Positions 38,636 to 49,644 of a stretch of 64,000 nt of DNA are shown in pieces. Under the pieces are notes generated by a model. That model did no database searches. It worked only from the letters and a program-made list of their open reading frames with translations, and had not been told where the DNA came from. The position numbers were made by a program, and so were the translations under genes. The DNA is from a virus: positions 32,001 to 96,000 of IMG/VR virus record IMGVR_UViG_3300042465_007464. One strand, 5' to 3'. Within the stretch, counting starts at the first letter, position 1. Every line of letters starts with the position of its first letter.

Positions 38636-40192
38636 TTATCCTTTAATTACATTGCGATCCAAATCAATTCGAATTAAGAAATTCGTATCAACATCTTCTC
38701 GTTTACGTATTGGCTGTGCTAATTTACCAACAGCTATTAAATCTAAATTTGAATTATATAAACCAATTGTAGTGACATATGGATCAAACGAACTACCTGT
38801 TGCAAATGATTGATATGTTTCTAAATCATCTAACAATAATGAACGATTTTGTGATATATTAAAATCACCCCCATCTACTTTAACTAATATATTTAATTCG
38901 TAAATCGTTTTAGTGCTATTCCACGATGCGGTTGCGTATGTATTAATTGCATCATTGTATGTGGAATTTGGAGATGAAATAACTGCTATTCCATGTTTAG
39001 TAAAAATATTACCTACTACATTAGTTTGCAAACATGTAGAATATGTTCCTAACGATGTTATGTTTGATGTCGACAACGAACTATTATATATTCGTATTTC
39101 ATCTAAAACTACATCGGATAAATTTTTACTACTAGTGTCGTAACCTCCGATAAATATGTCATGATTGTTACTAATATTAGTAGATTGAGTTGTAGCAGTA
39201 TTTGGTTTTGTTAATATAGTTCCAGATCCTGACGATTCTAATACGCCATCGACATACAATAATAATTTACCCGTGCTAGTTACTTTTTGACAAACAACAT
39301 GATGCCACGAACCAGTAACTTGAGTACTTGATGAAATACTAACAGAATTAGTACCACCTTGTGCCGAGAACACGATTTGATTAGAACCGCTTAATTCTAT
39401 GCGAAATGGATATTGTGGTGTTATGCTACTAGATGCTTTAGTGAGTATTAACGTATTATCAGTTGCTACATTTGAACTGGATATCCAAAACGAAATAGCA
39501 TAACTATTATCTCGATCATACCGTCCATCAATATCAGTTTTAATATATCCAGCTCCAGAAAATTTAGCACCTAATCCAAAAGAAACGGATGCAGATACGA
39601 TGCCGGGTACATATGTTACGCCTGCAGATTCATATGTAATACGAGATGTGTCAAAATATTCATTAAATCCTTCATACAACTTACAATACAATGGCATTGA
39701 ACCAGTATTAATTGATTCATCGTATACATTACCATAACGATCTGATTTCAATGTTCCGAACGTTCCTACTAATTGAAATGATGCCGGTTTAACGCCTTCT
39801 CCGATTTTAATGCTAGGAATAGAAAATACGGAAGCAGATTGATATAGATATTTTGTAGTTCGACTCAAATCCGTAGGTCCATATGATGCCATTGGATTTG
39901 ATTTATGCTTATAATATAAATGATTGATAGATTGATAAATAGTACTTTGTAATTTTCCATTAAGGTTAGTAGCATCATTGTACGTTAAATTGGTGCCTAT
40001 AGCCGGTAATTCTTCAACATAAACTCCTGCTAATGGTAATAAACTACTAGTAGAACTGCCAGATGTAACAGTCCAAGTTTTATATGCTTTAAATGATTCA
40101 ATTGTTATGTCAGATGCATCTATTTTTTTAAAAACCGTTGGATATGCATCATCATTGAATAGATCGTCATTTGAATTTTTTATTTCAGCCAT
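38636..40192 (-). CDS. Baseplate/tail protein with LamG-like domain
   Basis: ISFWI, WHHVV, LYVDG and LDEIRIYN LamG motifs; C-terminal PYVTTIGLYN...AVGKLAQP. Confidence 0.75.
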   Translation of the reverse strand: MAEIKNSNDDLFNDDAYPTVFKKIDASDITIESFKAYKTWTVTSGSSTSSLLPLAGVYVEELPAIGTNLTYNDATNLNGKLQSTIYQSINHLYYKHKSNPMASYGPTDLSRTTKYLYQSASVFSIPSIKIGEGVKPASFQLVGTFGTLKSDRYGNVYDESINTGSMPLYCKLYEGFNEYFDTSRITYESAGVTYVPGIVSASVSFGLGAKFSGAGYIKTDIDGRYDRDNSYAISFWISSSNVATDNTLILTKASSSITPQYPFRIELSGSNQIVFSAQGGTNSVSISSSTQVTGSWHHVVCQKVTSTGKLLLYVDGVLESSGSGTILTKPNTATTQSTNISNNHDIFIGGYDTSSKNLSDVVLDEIRIYNSSLSTSNITSLGTYSTCLQTNVVGNIFTKHGIAVISSPNSTYNDAINTYATASWNSTKTIYELNILVKVDGGDFNISQNRSLLLDDLETYQSFATGSSFDPYVTTIGLYNSNLDLIAVGKLAQPIRKREDVDTNFLIRIDLDRNVIKG

Positions 40193-40199
40193 AATCAGT

Positions 40200-40236
40200 A
40201 AAAACCCTGCTACATTTATAATAAATATAACAGGGC
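40200..40236 (-). terminator. Terminator hairpin overlapping a late promoter
   Basis: Minus strand CCCTGTTATATTTAT-T-ATAAATGTAGCAGGG-TTTTT. Confidence 0.7.
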
Positions 40237-40254
40237 TTAAATCAGTTCGTTATT

Positions 40255-41490
40255 TTAGAAATCTAATTTAACTCGTATCAATGATTCTCTAGTAAATGAT
40301 TTCAACAATGGTTTACTTAGTTTAGCGACTGCTAATAGTTCTTGATTATCATTGTATAATCCAACCGTAGTAATATAAGTTTTAGGATCTGCTTGGAATG
40401 GTGTAATTACGCTACCATTACTTCCGGTTACGAATGATGGATTATTTGAAAAATTATACAATCCATTTTTTACTCGTACGAAATAATGCGTACTTGAAAT
40501 TTTTTCTGAATTTCTTGCTTGGAATCCAAATTTATCGCCAGCAGTATTTGTAAAGATTGCAGATCCGGATAATGAATGAAATAGTACAAAATGATTATTT
40601 GCTTCTGAACTAGAAGATACGTTAGTTTTAAATCCTAATTGTTGATCTAACATTTTTCCATCTAATATCATAGTACCATAATCTGGATATACTAATCCAT
40701 AGTAAATAGGTGAAGTTGAATTATATACTCCATTACTAATAGAACCTGATACGATATTATAAACACGGCCAGCTTCTGTAACGGTTGTTGTCGACGCAGA
40801 AACTGAATCATCGATTAAAGTAATTATTCCGGAGCCAGTAACAACACTTCCTGTTGCGTTAGTAGTTCTTGATGTAATTGCAACCAATGGAATTTCAAAA
40901 TTACCCGGATCCATACGTTCTTTGATACGATCTCGTTTAAATGTAATTACATAAATTGAGTTAGTACTTCCAGAACCTGCTGTTGTAAATTGAGTATCTC
41001 CTGGTGGAAGTAATACTTGTCGATATTGCGAATATACCGCACGTGACGGAGAATCATTCAATTGACCTACAGAATTAGAACCACTACCTAATCTATGTCC
41101 GTATGCAATAGAAAATTGTACTGCAGAACCCGTTGCAGTTGGAGTTAAATTTAAAACATCAACATAATATTGTCTCTGAGAATTGGTTTGAGTAGATGAT
41201 GTAAAATACGTAGTTAACGATGCCGCATTATTAGACCACATTCCTCCGGTTACCGTTTCTTTTTGTTGAGTAACAATATCATCATTTGCAAAAACCGTAT
41301 AAGTTGGGGTACTAATCGGAGTAGGGGTAGCTACAGTTGCACTAACGTTTGTAGTAGCGGTAGTTGTCGTTGTAGTTGCAGTAGGAACGCTTATTGGATT
41401 TCCTGCAGCATCTCTCGTAATACCATCCCTTCCGGTAGTTTGACCTAGACGCGGTTGTTGTTTTAATTTATTATACAATGTTGTTGTCAT
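40255..41490 (-). CDS. Baseplate/tail structural protein
   Basis: C-terminal TYITTVGLYN..ELLAVAKLSKP, paralogous to the 38636 protein. Confidence 0.7.
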   Translation of the reverse strand: MTTTLYNKLKQQPRLGQTTGRDGITRDAAGNPISVPTATTTTTTATTNVSATVATPTPISTPTYTVFANDDIVTQQKETVTGGMWSNNAASLTTYFTSSTQTNSQRQYYVDVLNLTPTATGSAVQFSIAYGHRLGSGSNSVGQLNDSPSRAVYSQYRQVLLPPGDTQFTTAGSGSTNSIYVITFKRDRIKERMDPGNFEIPLVAITSRTTNATGSVVTGSGIITLIDDSVSASTTTVTEAGRVYNIVSGSISNGVYNSTSPIYYGLVYPDYGTMILDGKMLDQQLGFKTNVSSSSEANNHFVLFHSLSGSAIFTNTAGDKFGFQARNSEKISSTHYFVRVKNGLYNFSNNPSFVTGSNGSVITPFQADPKTYITTVGLYNDNQELLAVAKLSKPLLKSFTRESLIRVKLDF

Positions 41491-41509
41491 ATTTCTTATA
41501 TCTTTATAA

Positions 41510-42160
41510 TTACAAAGTTACTTTTTTAACTGTTATTTTTACAGTAACTGAACCACCGGTTTCATTACCAATAATAGTAACGGTAGCGGTACGATCGGCA
41601 TCTGTAAATTGTTTTGCAGTTATAGAAAATTCTAGACCTGTTTTATAATCAGTGGTAGCATCTGCATTAGCACTATCTCCAGTAAAACTAACCGTAGTTC
41701 CTGTCGAAACTAATGGTGCGTCTTTAGCAACAGTTAACGTTGCGACTGATGTATCTGATAATATAGCAGTATAACCATAATTTGAATTACCAATTGTAGT
41801 TGTACCATTTGTTGTACTAGGTACTATTTTACTAGATGCGCCAGATTTAATTGTCAATGCAGTTGATGCTACAGAAATTATTGGTATTTGTTTAGTATTT
41901 TTTGGCAATGTAATCAATTTATATTTCAATGCCTGCGTTTCATCAGGAACTGCTTCAAGAATTGGCATATTATCAATAATAGTTCCATAATATGCAGAAC
42001 CTAATGGATGATCTGTATTCCATAACGAATAATCAATTTCATCATCACCTAACGCAAATTGCGTAATTTTAAATTGATCTGTACCTTTTGCTAATAATTC
42101 GCGTCCTTTCAATGTCAAAATTGCATCAATTGTTATGCTACTATTATCTAAATATCCCAT
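41510..42160 (-). CDS. Baseplate/tail structural protein
   Basis: DAILT.KGRELLA...F.ITQFALGDDEIDY, a fibre-attachment-like N-terminus. Confidence 0.7.
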   Translation of the reverse strand: MGYLDNSSITIDAILTLKGRELLAKGTDQFKITQFALGDDEIDYSLWNTDHPLGSAYYGTIIDNMPILEAVPDETQALKYKLITLPKNTKQIPIISVASTALTIKSGASSKIVPSTTNGTTTIGNSNYGYTAILSDTSVATLTVAKDAPLVSTGTTVSFTGDSANADATTDYKTGLEFSITAKQFTDADRTATVTIIGNETGGSVTVKITVKKVTL

Positions 42161-42195
42161 GTTTTAACCTTATTTTTAAATAAATATAAACAACG

Positions 42196-45100
42196 TTACT
42201 TTTTACCTATGTTTCCTTTACCTCCTTGCGGTTGATAAAACAGCTGCGTTCCTTTTATGTTTCGCCATTCTACAACCGGACCTCCATCTATAGTTTGTTT
42301 AGAAACTACGTTGAATGCTGGCGAAGAAATACGAGTACCAGCGAATTTACTTCTGTATAATCCTGTTGGTTGTAATCCTCGTGCAACGGATCCTGTAATT
42401 ACAGGTGCCAATACTTCATTTATCCAATACGGCGTATCCGCTTCAATCCATGTGCTACCTGAACGAATTAAACTAGTTCGCGTATATGTAAATCCAGAAT
42501 AACGAGAACCGGTTAAATATCCTTGCAATTGGTCATCGTCATATCCGGTTAATGATGTTATTTTCGTTATTTCAGCATCGTATGTTGAATATTCACTCGA
42601 TGCAGTTGGAACCATGTCAATTACAACCGTATTCATATTGTATGAATCAACTTCATATGATACATCAAGTAATATAGTATCTTTGCTACGTTCTAGAACG
42701 TTTGGTTGTATTAATAATCCAGTTAATTTATTAGCACGTGCTGGTAATAATTGTTCCAATTGTTTAAAAAATGATAAATCGAACAATATAAACATGTTTA
42801 TGTACGCATTGATATCATTACGAGATGAATATTTTTTCCAATACGTTTGTGCAAATTGTTGCAATTCAGGATATGATTTTTCATTAACCGTTCCAGGATC
42901 GCCAACATATTCATCCAATGAAATATATCCAAATTGTGCGAATATATCTTCATTTATCATAGTTTGTGGAGAAAAATAAACTCCCAATCTATTACTGTCT
43001 AACGGTGCTTTATCAAATTGACTGCGTTCCGCACGAGTTATAACATCTAGCGGCCCAATTAATTCATTATCTTCAATACGTATTTTGTTATCATCGTGAG
43101 TTCCTGATCCTAGTGATACTGCGTCATAATAATATGTTTCTTCTATAGAATCATATGGATATGTATTTGTCCAACCAACAAATGATGCTGATATATTAGA
43201 TGATACGGGTTGTATACCTGTTAAACTACTAGTTGCATTATGATTGATATTTTCAGTTAATGGTAAACGAAAAATCAATTCATCATATGAATTCGCATTA
43301 CCATCATAAGCAGCAGGTGCTTTAACGTGATTGTTAAATGCTGCATCTTGCAAACTGCTAGTCCACAAACGAAGTTCTTGAAGTTGTCCTTGTATTCTTG
43401 AATAACCAACTGAACTGCTTGCCAATGTAAGTGTACTTGTACTAGCAAATGATGCCGTTGCTGACGCGGACACTGCGGCTACAATTTTACCATACTTAGA
43501 ACGTTTTGCCACAAAATCTAAATTAGTTCCGTTAGTTCTTAATACGGTAGATATCCAACCTCCGTCAAACATTTCCATGTTAGCAGATGCAGTACCATTG
43601 ATTTGAAATTTACCTAATGTACCACTTGCAAAATCAATATCTATCGTATTCGAACCAATAGTATATAAATTCATTTTGCTTGACATTGTTGGATTTGTAA
43701 CAACATTATCTAATCGAAAACGAAGTTCTACGGATTGTATCGGTTTAGTATAATTTACCGTAACAGATCCTGATGGATTTTTTATAGCATCTAACGCATA
43801 ATCAAAATTCAATTTTTGATATACAGGCGCTCTTTCAATACGAGGACCGCCATATTCGTTGATACTTATAAATGATTGTGGAATACCATAACAAGAAAGT
43901 AATGCTTGTACGCTTCGTTTAGTTCCTTTACTTTTAAGAAGCATTGGCAAATTATTTACGATGCGTCGCCATACTGCATAAGTTTGTTCATTGCCTGGTA
44001 ACGAAGAACCTTTAACTGAGTTTGATCCGGTTAATGGAGTTCCATTTTCGTCAGTACCTAATATATATTTCCATAAATCAGCTGACTGTTTGCCGTTTGT
44101 TAAATTCCAACCAAATTGTTTTGCGACTGAATATAACAATTCATTCGGCATACCTAATTTAGGATTTTCTTCACGTTTATTGATTTGGGTCATGTGATTA
44201 ATATACGTATATATTATATCGTAATGATGACCTAACATGTTAACGAATGTAGTTAAATCTAAATTCAATTCATCTAAACGCATATATTCTGGTATTGCGT
44301 TGATTAATTGATTGTTATTCAAAGAATCATAAAGTGATGCCGTTTCGTACAATGCATTGTACCAAGCATCAAATGTAGATGTAGTCGTTGCAACTAACGT
44401 ATATGGGTATGTAGTGTTTGTTTTTGGAACTGGTAATATGTAACTACCTGTTACCGTCGCAACGTTTGGCGAAGGATGTGGGGCATCATATGTAGTTAAA
44501 TTAGAAGATCCAGATTGATAATACAAGTATTGTTCGAATGCATCAAATCCGCTAATTAAGTTAGTTCTTTGATTAGCATAATCTGCGGCATTTGTAGTTG
44601 CAACACTTCCAGAAATTGCTAATATTGCTGAACGTTGACTTGCATAATATTCTAGCAATTCTAATTTGTATCTAAAATTAGCTAAACGTTCCGTTGCTGA
44701 ACTATAAAATATGAAATTATTAAAATCGGAATAATCAATATTCAATTTTATTCCAGATAAACTTCCAGAAAAATACGTATCTACAATCTGTTGTGATGTT
44801 TGTGTCGAAGAACCAAGTAATTGATTCCACGTCTTGAATCCAGTTGCGGCAGATGTATCATATGAATAATTTGCTTGCCAATTTGGATTTGCTAATTTAT
44901 TGTATTTAGTTTCTTCACTACGCGTAGAAATTGTTACGGTATCTACGTACGGTGCTTTTTGTTCTAAAACTACCCAACATTTAAAATCAACTGCAATTGT
45001 ATCATCTAACGGCTGTTTTAATTTAACGTATAGATAATCACCAACCACTACACTATTAACATATGTAGCCGTACGGTTTCTGCTGAAGTTTAATAAATAT

Positions 45101-45603
45101 GTTTCGAAATACGGACTTGATGTTTGTTTGACCGTATTGATGTAAGTTGAAATTTGTTTTAAGAATGTAGGATTATTATCATCGATAGCACGTAAACGTA
45201 CTTCCGTGCGATCTGGAGAAATTTCATCAATTCTTAAATATTGTTCTTCATAACTACCAATTAAATTTTTAAAGAAATTAATTACAATTCCAAAATTTCC
45301 TGAAGTTAAATTTAAACTTTCGAATTGTGTGTATAAGTCTATTGCGACTGGCACAGATACATATGTAATTTCAGCACCTGTTTTTTTATCGCGATATGTT
45401 GGAATATTTTGTACTAATGGCGTTTTATGTATACCAGTAATCCACGTATCTTCTGCATATACGTGCATTTCAATTCGAGAATTGGTAGTTTGTTGTACAA
45501 TGCTAGGATCTACAATTCCAATGTTAGTTGTCAGAAACTGCGATTTTGCCGGCTCTATACGAGCTGGAAATGTTTTAACGATATTTCTTAGTTGTTTTGC
45601 CAT
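42196..45603 (-). CDS. Large baseplate wedge protein (gp7-like)
   Basis: IPEY, F..MLGHH.D and LLKSKGT.RS...L...YG tail/baseplate-I-like motif. Confidence 0.7.
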   Translation of the reverse strand: MAKQLRNIVKTFPARIEPAKSQFLTTNIGIVDPSIVQQTTNSRIEMHVYAEDTWITGIHKTPLVQNIPTYRDKKTGAEITYVSVPVAIDLYTQFESLNLTSGNFGIVINFFKNLIGSYEEQYLRIDEISPDRTEVRLRAIDDNNPTFLKQISTYINTVKQTSSPYFETYLLNFSRNRTATYVNSVVVGDYLYVKLKQPLDDTIAVDFKCWVVLEQKAPYVDTVTISTRSEETKYNKLANPNWQANYSYDTSAATGFKTWNQLLGSSTQTSQQIVDTYFSGSLSGIKLNIDYSDFNNFIFYSSATERLANFRYKLELLEYYASQRSAILAISGSVATTNAADYANQRTNLISGFDAFEQYLYYQSGSSNLTTYDAPHPSPNVATVTGSYILPVPKTNTTYPYTLVATTTSTFDAWYNALYETASLYDSLNNNQLINAIPEYMRLDELNLDLTTFVNMLGHHYDIIYTYINHMTQINKREENPKLGMPNELLYSVAKQFGWNLTNGKQSADLWKYILGTDENGTPLTGSNSVKGSSLPGNEQTYAVWRRIVNNLPMLLKSKGTKRSVQALLSCYGIPQSFISINEYGGPRIERAPVYQKLNFDYALDAIKNPSGSVTVNYTKPIQSVELRFRLDNVVTNPTMSSKMNLYTIGSNTIDIDFASGTLGKFQINGTASANMEMFDGGWISTVLRTNGTNLDFVAKRSKYGKIVAAVSASATASFASTSTLTLASSSVGYSRIQGQLQELRLWTSSLQDAAFNNHVKAPAAYDGNANSYDELIFRLPLTENINHNATSSLTGIQPVSSNISASFVGWTNTYPYDSIEETYYYDAVSLGSGTHDDNKIRIEDNELIGPLDVITRAERSQFDKAPLDSNRLGVYFSPQTMINEDIFAQFGYISLDEYVGDPGTVNEKSYPELQQFAQTYWKKYSSRNDINAYINMFILFDLSFFKQLEQLLPARANKLTGLLIQPNVLERSKDTILLDVSYEVDSYNMNTVVIDMVPTASSEYSTYDAEITKITSLTGYDDDQLQGYLTGSRYSGFTYTRTSLIRSGSTWIEADTPYWINEVLAPVITGSVARGLQPTGLYRSKFAGTRISSPAFNVVSKQTIDGGPVVEWRNIKGTQLFYQPQGGKGNIGKK

Positions 45604-45607
45604 TATG

Positions 45608-46633
45608 TTATTCTATAGGAAAAAATTTATTTTCCGATATCGTTCCTGCATTATTATTAAATTTAAACTTTTGTCCCGTAGCAAGTGTTTTTTGTCCAAC
45701 TTTTGGGCCTCTGCCTTGCAAAGCAGCCCCACGACCGTTTGATTTGAATAGTACCGTATCATCGCCTATCATCCATATACCTGCATTCTTTTCTGTATTA
45801 GCAGGATACCACCCAAATAAACATGGACTGGTCGGTGCATCTACTACTTCAATGATCCAATATGCTGCATCGTTTAATGAATATGCAGTTCTTCCAGCAA
45901 CTACTTCAATTAAGTAAGTATCATCCGTAACAACATCATTCATATCTACAAAATATTGAAATTGTATAGTAGGATATTGTCGATTAGGCGAAAATCCATA
46001 AGTATTAGAATCTCCTGGATATTCTGCTGTGTATAATACTACTTCTGAATGAAATGTTCTAGGCGATTTTTTATTTCTGCGTTGAAATAATAAATTATAA
46101 CCAGTAGCTTTGCCATCTACCGAAGCATCGACTCTAAATTGAGTTTGTATAGTAAAACGAAGCGTTTTTCCTTGTTCGCGTAATGTGTCAATTGTTTCTC
46201 TAGTTAATGTATATGCGTTAGTTGTAATTTGATTAGCATAAAACCAAGGCAATTCTTTATATCCGCTTGATGAAGTTATGCCATCAAAATACCACCATAA
46301 TGATGGAGATATAGTATCTATTCGTTCGTATGGTTGCGGTTGATTTCTACTATCTACGGGTACGGGTAAAGATAATTCCGTTTTAGGTATTGTTTGTTCG
46401 AATTCAGCAATTGCCAATTCGTCTGTTGCCGTTACAAGTGTTGTAACTGGAAATTTAAAATATCGAAATTGTGTATCTAAAACTCGCAATGCAGACTTAG
46501 TAGTAATTTGATTAGTTACCGGATCAATTAACAGTAATGGATTATCTGTTGCTCCTTCTTGCATTGCAATATTACCTGCTGCATCTCTAGGAACGATATT
46601 TGGATCTTTTGAACTATTTTTAGTTTGTGCCAT
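45608..46633 (-). CDS. Hypothetical structural protein
   Basis: 341 aa within the baseplate operon. Confidence 0.6.
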   Translation of the reverse strand: MAQTKNSSKDPNIVPRDAAGNIAMQEGATDNPLLLIDPVTNQITTKSALRVLDTQFRYFKFPVTTLVTATDELAIAEFEQTIPKTELSLPVPVDSRNQPQPYERIDTISPSLWWYFDGITSSSGYKELPWFYANQITTNAYTLTRETIDTLREQGKTLRFTIQTQFRVDASVDGKATGYNLLFQRRNKKSPRTFHSEVVLYTAEYPGDSNTYGFSPNRQYPTIQFQYFVDMNDVVTDDTYLIEVVAGRTAYSLNDAAYWIIEVVDAPTSPCLFGWYPANTEKNAGIWMIGDDTVLFKSNGRGAALQGRGPKVGQKTLATGQKFKFNNNAGTISENKFFPIE

Positions 46634-47751
46634 TATCTAACTACTTTAAAATAAACTTTATCGTCTACGTATTGCTCCATGAATCCATCTTTGATTTTGA
46701 ATTCTAAACGATAATATCGTTCCGGCATAAACCCGTTCATATCAATATGAATGTAATTACTGGTGCTATCGCAACTTAATTTATTATAAATATTATCGTA
46801 CGGAATAATGGCTTCATCCGTAGCAGCATCAAATACTGCGTAATACGATGATGTAGGAAGATATTTAACTGTTTGTGTAGGGAATAGATTGGTAGGAGAT
46901 TTTCTCGGATATTTGTCTCGTGCATACACCCTAATTTTAGCAATCTCAGTATCTTTATATTCAGGTTTTACTTTGCTGTAAATTAAGTATGATTCAAGAT
47001 CAGCCTGTGTTAATGATCCTGTTGTAAATGTACTGTTATCCCAATATGCTGTTATTTTAGGAACATATATAGTATGCGTATCTCTACTAAAAAATCTTAC
47101 ATAACCAGACACATTAGGATCTAATTCATCTGTGTCAGAAAATTGTAGTAAGAAACCATAATTAGGTATAGATGCGCCACCACTACCACTCAACCAAACT
47201 TTTACAGCAGCCGTAACATCCATATTAATATCAGTTGTGCGATATGAAAATGATTCAGATGTAATTAGTCCCGCAGTGCTACCATTCGATGCTGATTGAA
47301 ACATCCACGAACTACCAGTACCGCTACCTGATATGTATAGTGTACTAGTACCAATTCTTTGTTGTTGACTCGATGATATCCAAGAAGATCCGGATTGCGG
47401 ACCATTCCAAGTTACACCATCTGTTGTAGTCGCAGCTTCATATCCGGTACCATTTTTCCATGTTTCGCCTACTAATTTAGCATATATTGCATATTCAGAT
47501 GGCAAATTTTTTGCGTGTGTAGTATATAATTGTAACATGAACTTACAATCATTTACCGTTTTTCCATATGTAGACAATGATGCAGAAATTTCAGACATAT
47601 CAAATTTGATAAGACTTCGAGATTTTAACAAAGTCTCCCCTTGCGTGTCTAAACGTTTTCCGATTTCTAATACTTCATCTAAACCAACGTTGCCATCCGG
47701 TGTTGTTTCGTATAAAGTGGCATCTTTTTCTGCATAAAATATTCTAAACAT
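46633..47751 (-). CDS. Virion structural protein (DNRLRE/CBM96-like N-terminus)
   Basis: KDATLYE..P..N.G.DE.LE, RSLIKFD, W..G.G, NYGFLL. Confidence 0.6.
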   Translation of the reverse strand: MFRIFYAEKDATLYETTPDGNVGLDEVLEIGKRLDTQGETLLKSRSLIKFDMSEISASLSTYGKTVNDCKFMLQLYTTHAKNLPSEYAIYAKLVGETWKNGTGYEAATTTDGVTWNGPQSGSSWISSSQQQRIGTSTLYISGSGTGSSWMFQSASNGSTAGLITSESFSYRTTDINMDVTAAVKVWLSGSGGASIPNYGFLLQFSDTDELDPNVSGYVRFFSRDTHTIYVPKITAYWDNSTFTTGSLTQADLESYLIYSKVKPEYKDTEIAKIRVYARDKYPRKSPTNLFPTQTVKYLPTSSYYAVFDAATDEAIIPYDNIYNKLSCDSTSNYIHIDMNGFMPERYYRLEFKIKDGFMEQYVDDKVYFKVVR

Positions 47752-47761
47752 TTATTTTCCT

Positions 47762-49642
47762 TTAATAATTAACTACGCGTCCTCTAATATCACTGTTTGG
47801 AAATTTTATTTCAAATATGCTTGGATCTAGAGATGGATAAATAATTCCGGTTTTTGTAGCACCTTTTAAATCGTAAGTATTTCCAGAATATCCATCTGTA
47901 GTTTTATATAAATTTTTGAAATTAACTGCAATTACACTTTGTACGCCTTTAATATTTGCTACGGTAGTAATTACATCCGTTTTGATTATAGGTTGGTTGA
48001 TTTGCCAACGATCCGTATCGAAATATGTTTTCAATGCATCAATACATTTTAATAAAACTTCATTGCTATTGTAATTTGAAAGAACTGAAATTTCAAAATC
48101 AATTCCAAAATTTATGATAAATGCATCTTTTATATTTACGGCATCTGTTAAAATACGATAATAATCTAAATACGTTTTGAGATTTTCTTTAACTGCTTGA
48201 TTCAATTCCGTTAATTGTTTAGAAGCATTGTAGCCTAATACATATAAATTTAACGCATACGGATTAGGCACGCGTGCTTGTTGAAAACTTTGTTGAGAAA
48301 TTTGGTCATCGGGTACTATATATGCTTTTGCAACACTACCAAATTTTGCTGGCATTGAATATGCACGAATTATGTAATCTTCTCGAGTTACTAAACGATT
48401 TTGAGTTGCAAAATTAGCTAATGCATTATTTTTAATATCTTGCAACGTGTCTGCAGTTTTTCCTCCTGTTGCTGGAACACTATTAGAAGCAGCTATTGTA
48501 CTTTTAACAAAATTTACCATAGCACCCGCAGCAGTAGTATTAATATCATCATCGTATAAGACTAATTTTATATCAGTTAATACGCCGCTTGGAATATTAT
48601 CAGTTATACCATTTCCGATAGTATACGTTACAGTTAATGTAGTATTTGATGGAGCTTGTCCGTAAGTTCTAGTATATAAAAAATTTGACGGATCTAAATC
48701 TACATTAACTTCTTTTCTAACTCCCGATAAACCATTACCTACATTGGTAGGATTTGGAACTAGCTCTTCATCATTGTTATCAGATATACCAGCACCAAAT
48801 TGTAGTTCTAAACGATTATCGCTTCGTAATCTAGTAATGAATCGTTTAGCAGTTTTCTTCATTTTAAGTAAACTAGGAGCAGATGCTCGATATTGTGATA
48901 AAGTTGGATCATTTTCTGCCAAATTCGGAACTGATTCAAAAATAGTATCTTGTGCTAAATATGGAACTTCATACCAATTATCGCCATCTGATTCAGTTAT
49001 CGAAACAATTTCAATTACATTAGTTTCTGGTAAAACAATTTTATCGTATGCAACTGGAGTTGTAAATGTATATGTTGCAGTTTTTACTTCACCTGAAACG
49101 GCTTTAACTTGTTTTTTCAATAAATAATACGTAGGTTGTTTAGTAGCATCATCAGTTTGATATACGGTAACTTCCGTTGTATTTATAGAAGATGAATATT
49201 TGAAATCAACTGCATCTAATGTTCTAAATATCGCAGCACCATTATTTTGTTTTACTTGCATTCCCGGTTTTATCGACAATGCATACGTATAATCGGGACG
49301 ATTAGATGTACCAGTACCAATTGATGGAACTAATTGAAATATATCCAATGTTACATATGCAGGAACTGCATTTCTTGCTGAATAACCTAAAGAACGAGCC
49401 AAATCATAAATATTTGAACGTTCCGTAGCTTGTTCTAACATAGATTCTTTTAAATTGGTATCAGCATAATATGATAGTACATCACCAACATACGCAGCCA
49501 ATTCAATAAACAACGTACCTGGAGATGAATCGCTAAAATCAGTATAAGTGTTCGGAAAATACTGTTTAGTAAAATCAATTAAGTTTTTTCTAAACTGACC
49601 GAAATCCTTATTTACATATGTTACATCTTTTTTTACGTTCAT
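47762..49642 (-). CDS. Baseplate wedge subunit (gp6/baseplate J-like)
   Basis: KDF...R..L......YTDFS.SSPG..FIELAAYVGDVLSYY.D, FG.G, TQNRLVT.EDY. Confidence 0.88.
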   Translation of the reverse strand: MNVKKDVTYVNKDFGQFRKNLIDFTKQYFPNTYTDFSDSSPGTLFIELAAYVGDVLSYYADTNLKESMLEQATERSNIYDLARSLGYSARNAVPAYVTLDIFQLVPSIGTGTSNRPDYTYALSIKPGMQVKQNNGAAIFRTLDAVDFKYSSSINTTEVTVYQTDDATKQPTYYLLKKQVKAVSGEVKTATYTFTTPVAYDKIVLPETNVIEIVSITESDGDNWYEVPYLAQDTIFESVPNLAENDPTLSQYRASAPSLLKMKKTAKRFITRLRSDNRLELQFGAGISDNNDEELVPNPTNVGNGLSGVRKEVNVDLDPSNFLYTRTYGQAPSNTTLTVTYTIGNGITDNIPSGVLTDIKLVLYDDDINTTAAGAMVNFVKSTIAASNSVPATGGKTADTLQDIKNNALANFATQNRLVTREDYIIRAYSMPAKFGSVAKAYIVPDDQISQQSFQQARVPNPYALNLYVLGYNASKQLTELNQAVKENLKTYLDYYRILTDAVNIKDAFIINFGIDFEISVLSNYNSNEVLLKCIDALKTYFDTDRWQINQPIIKTDVITTVANIKGVQSVIAVNFKNLYKTTDGYSGNTYDLKGATKTGIIYPSLDPSIFEIKFPNSDIRGRVVNY

Positions 49643-49644
49643 GA

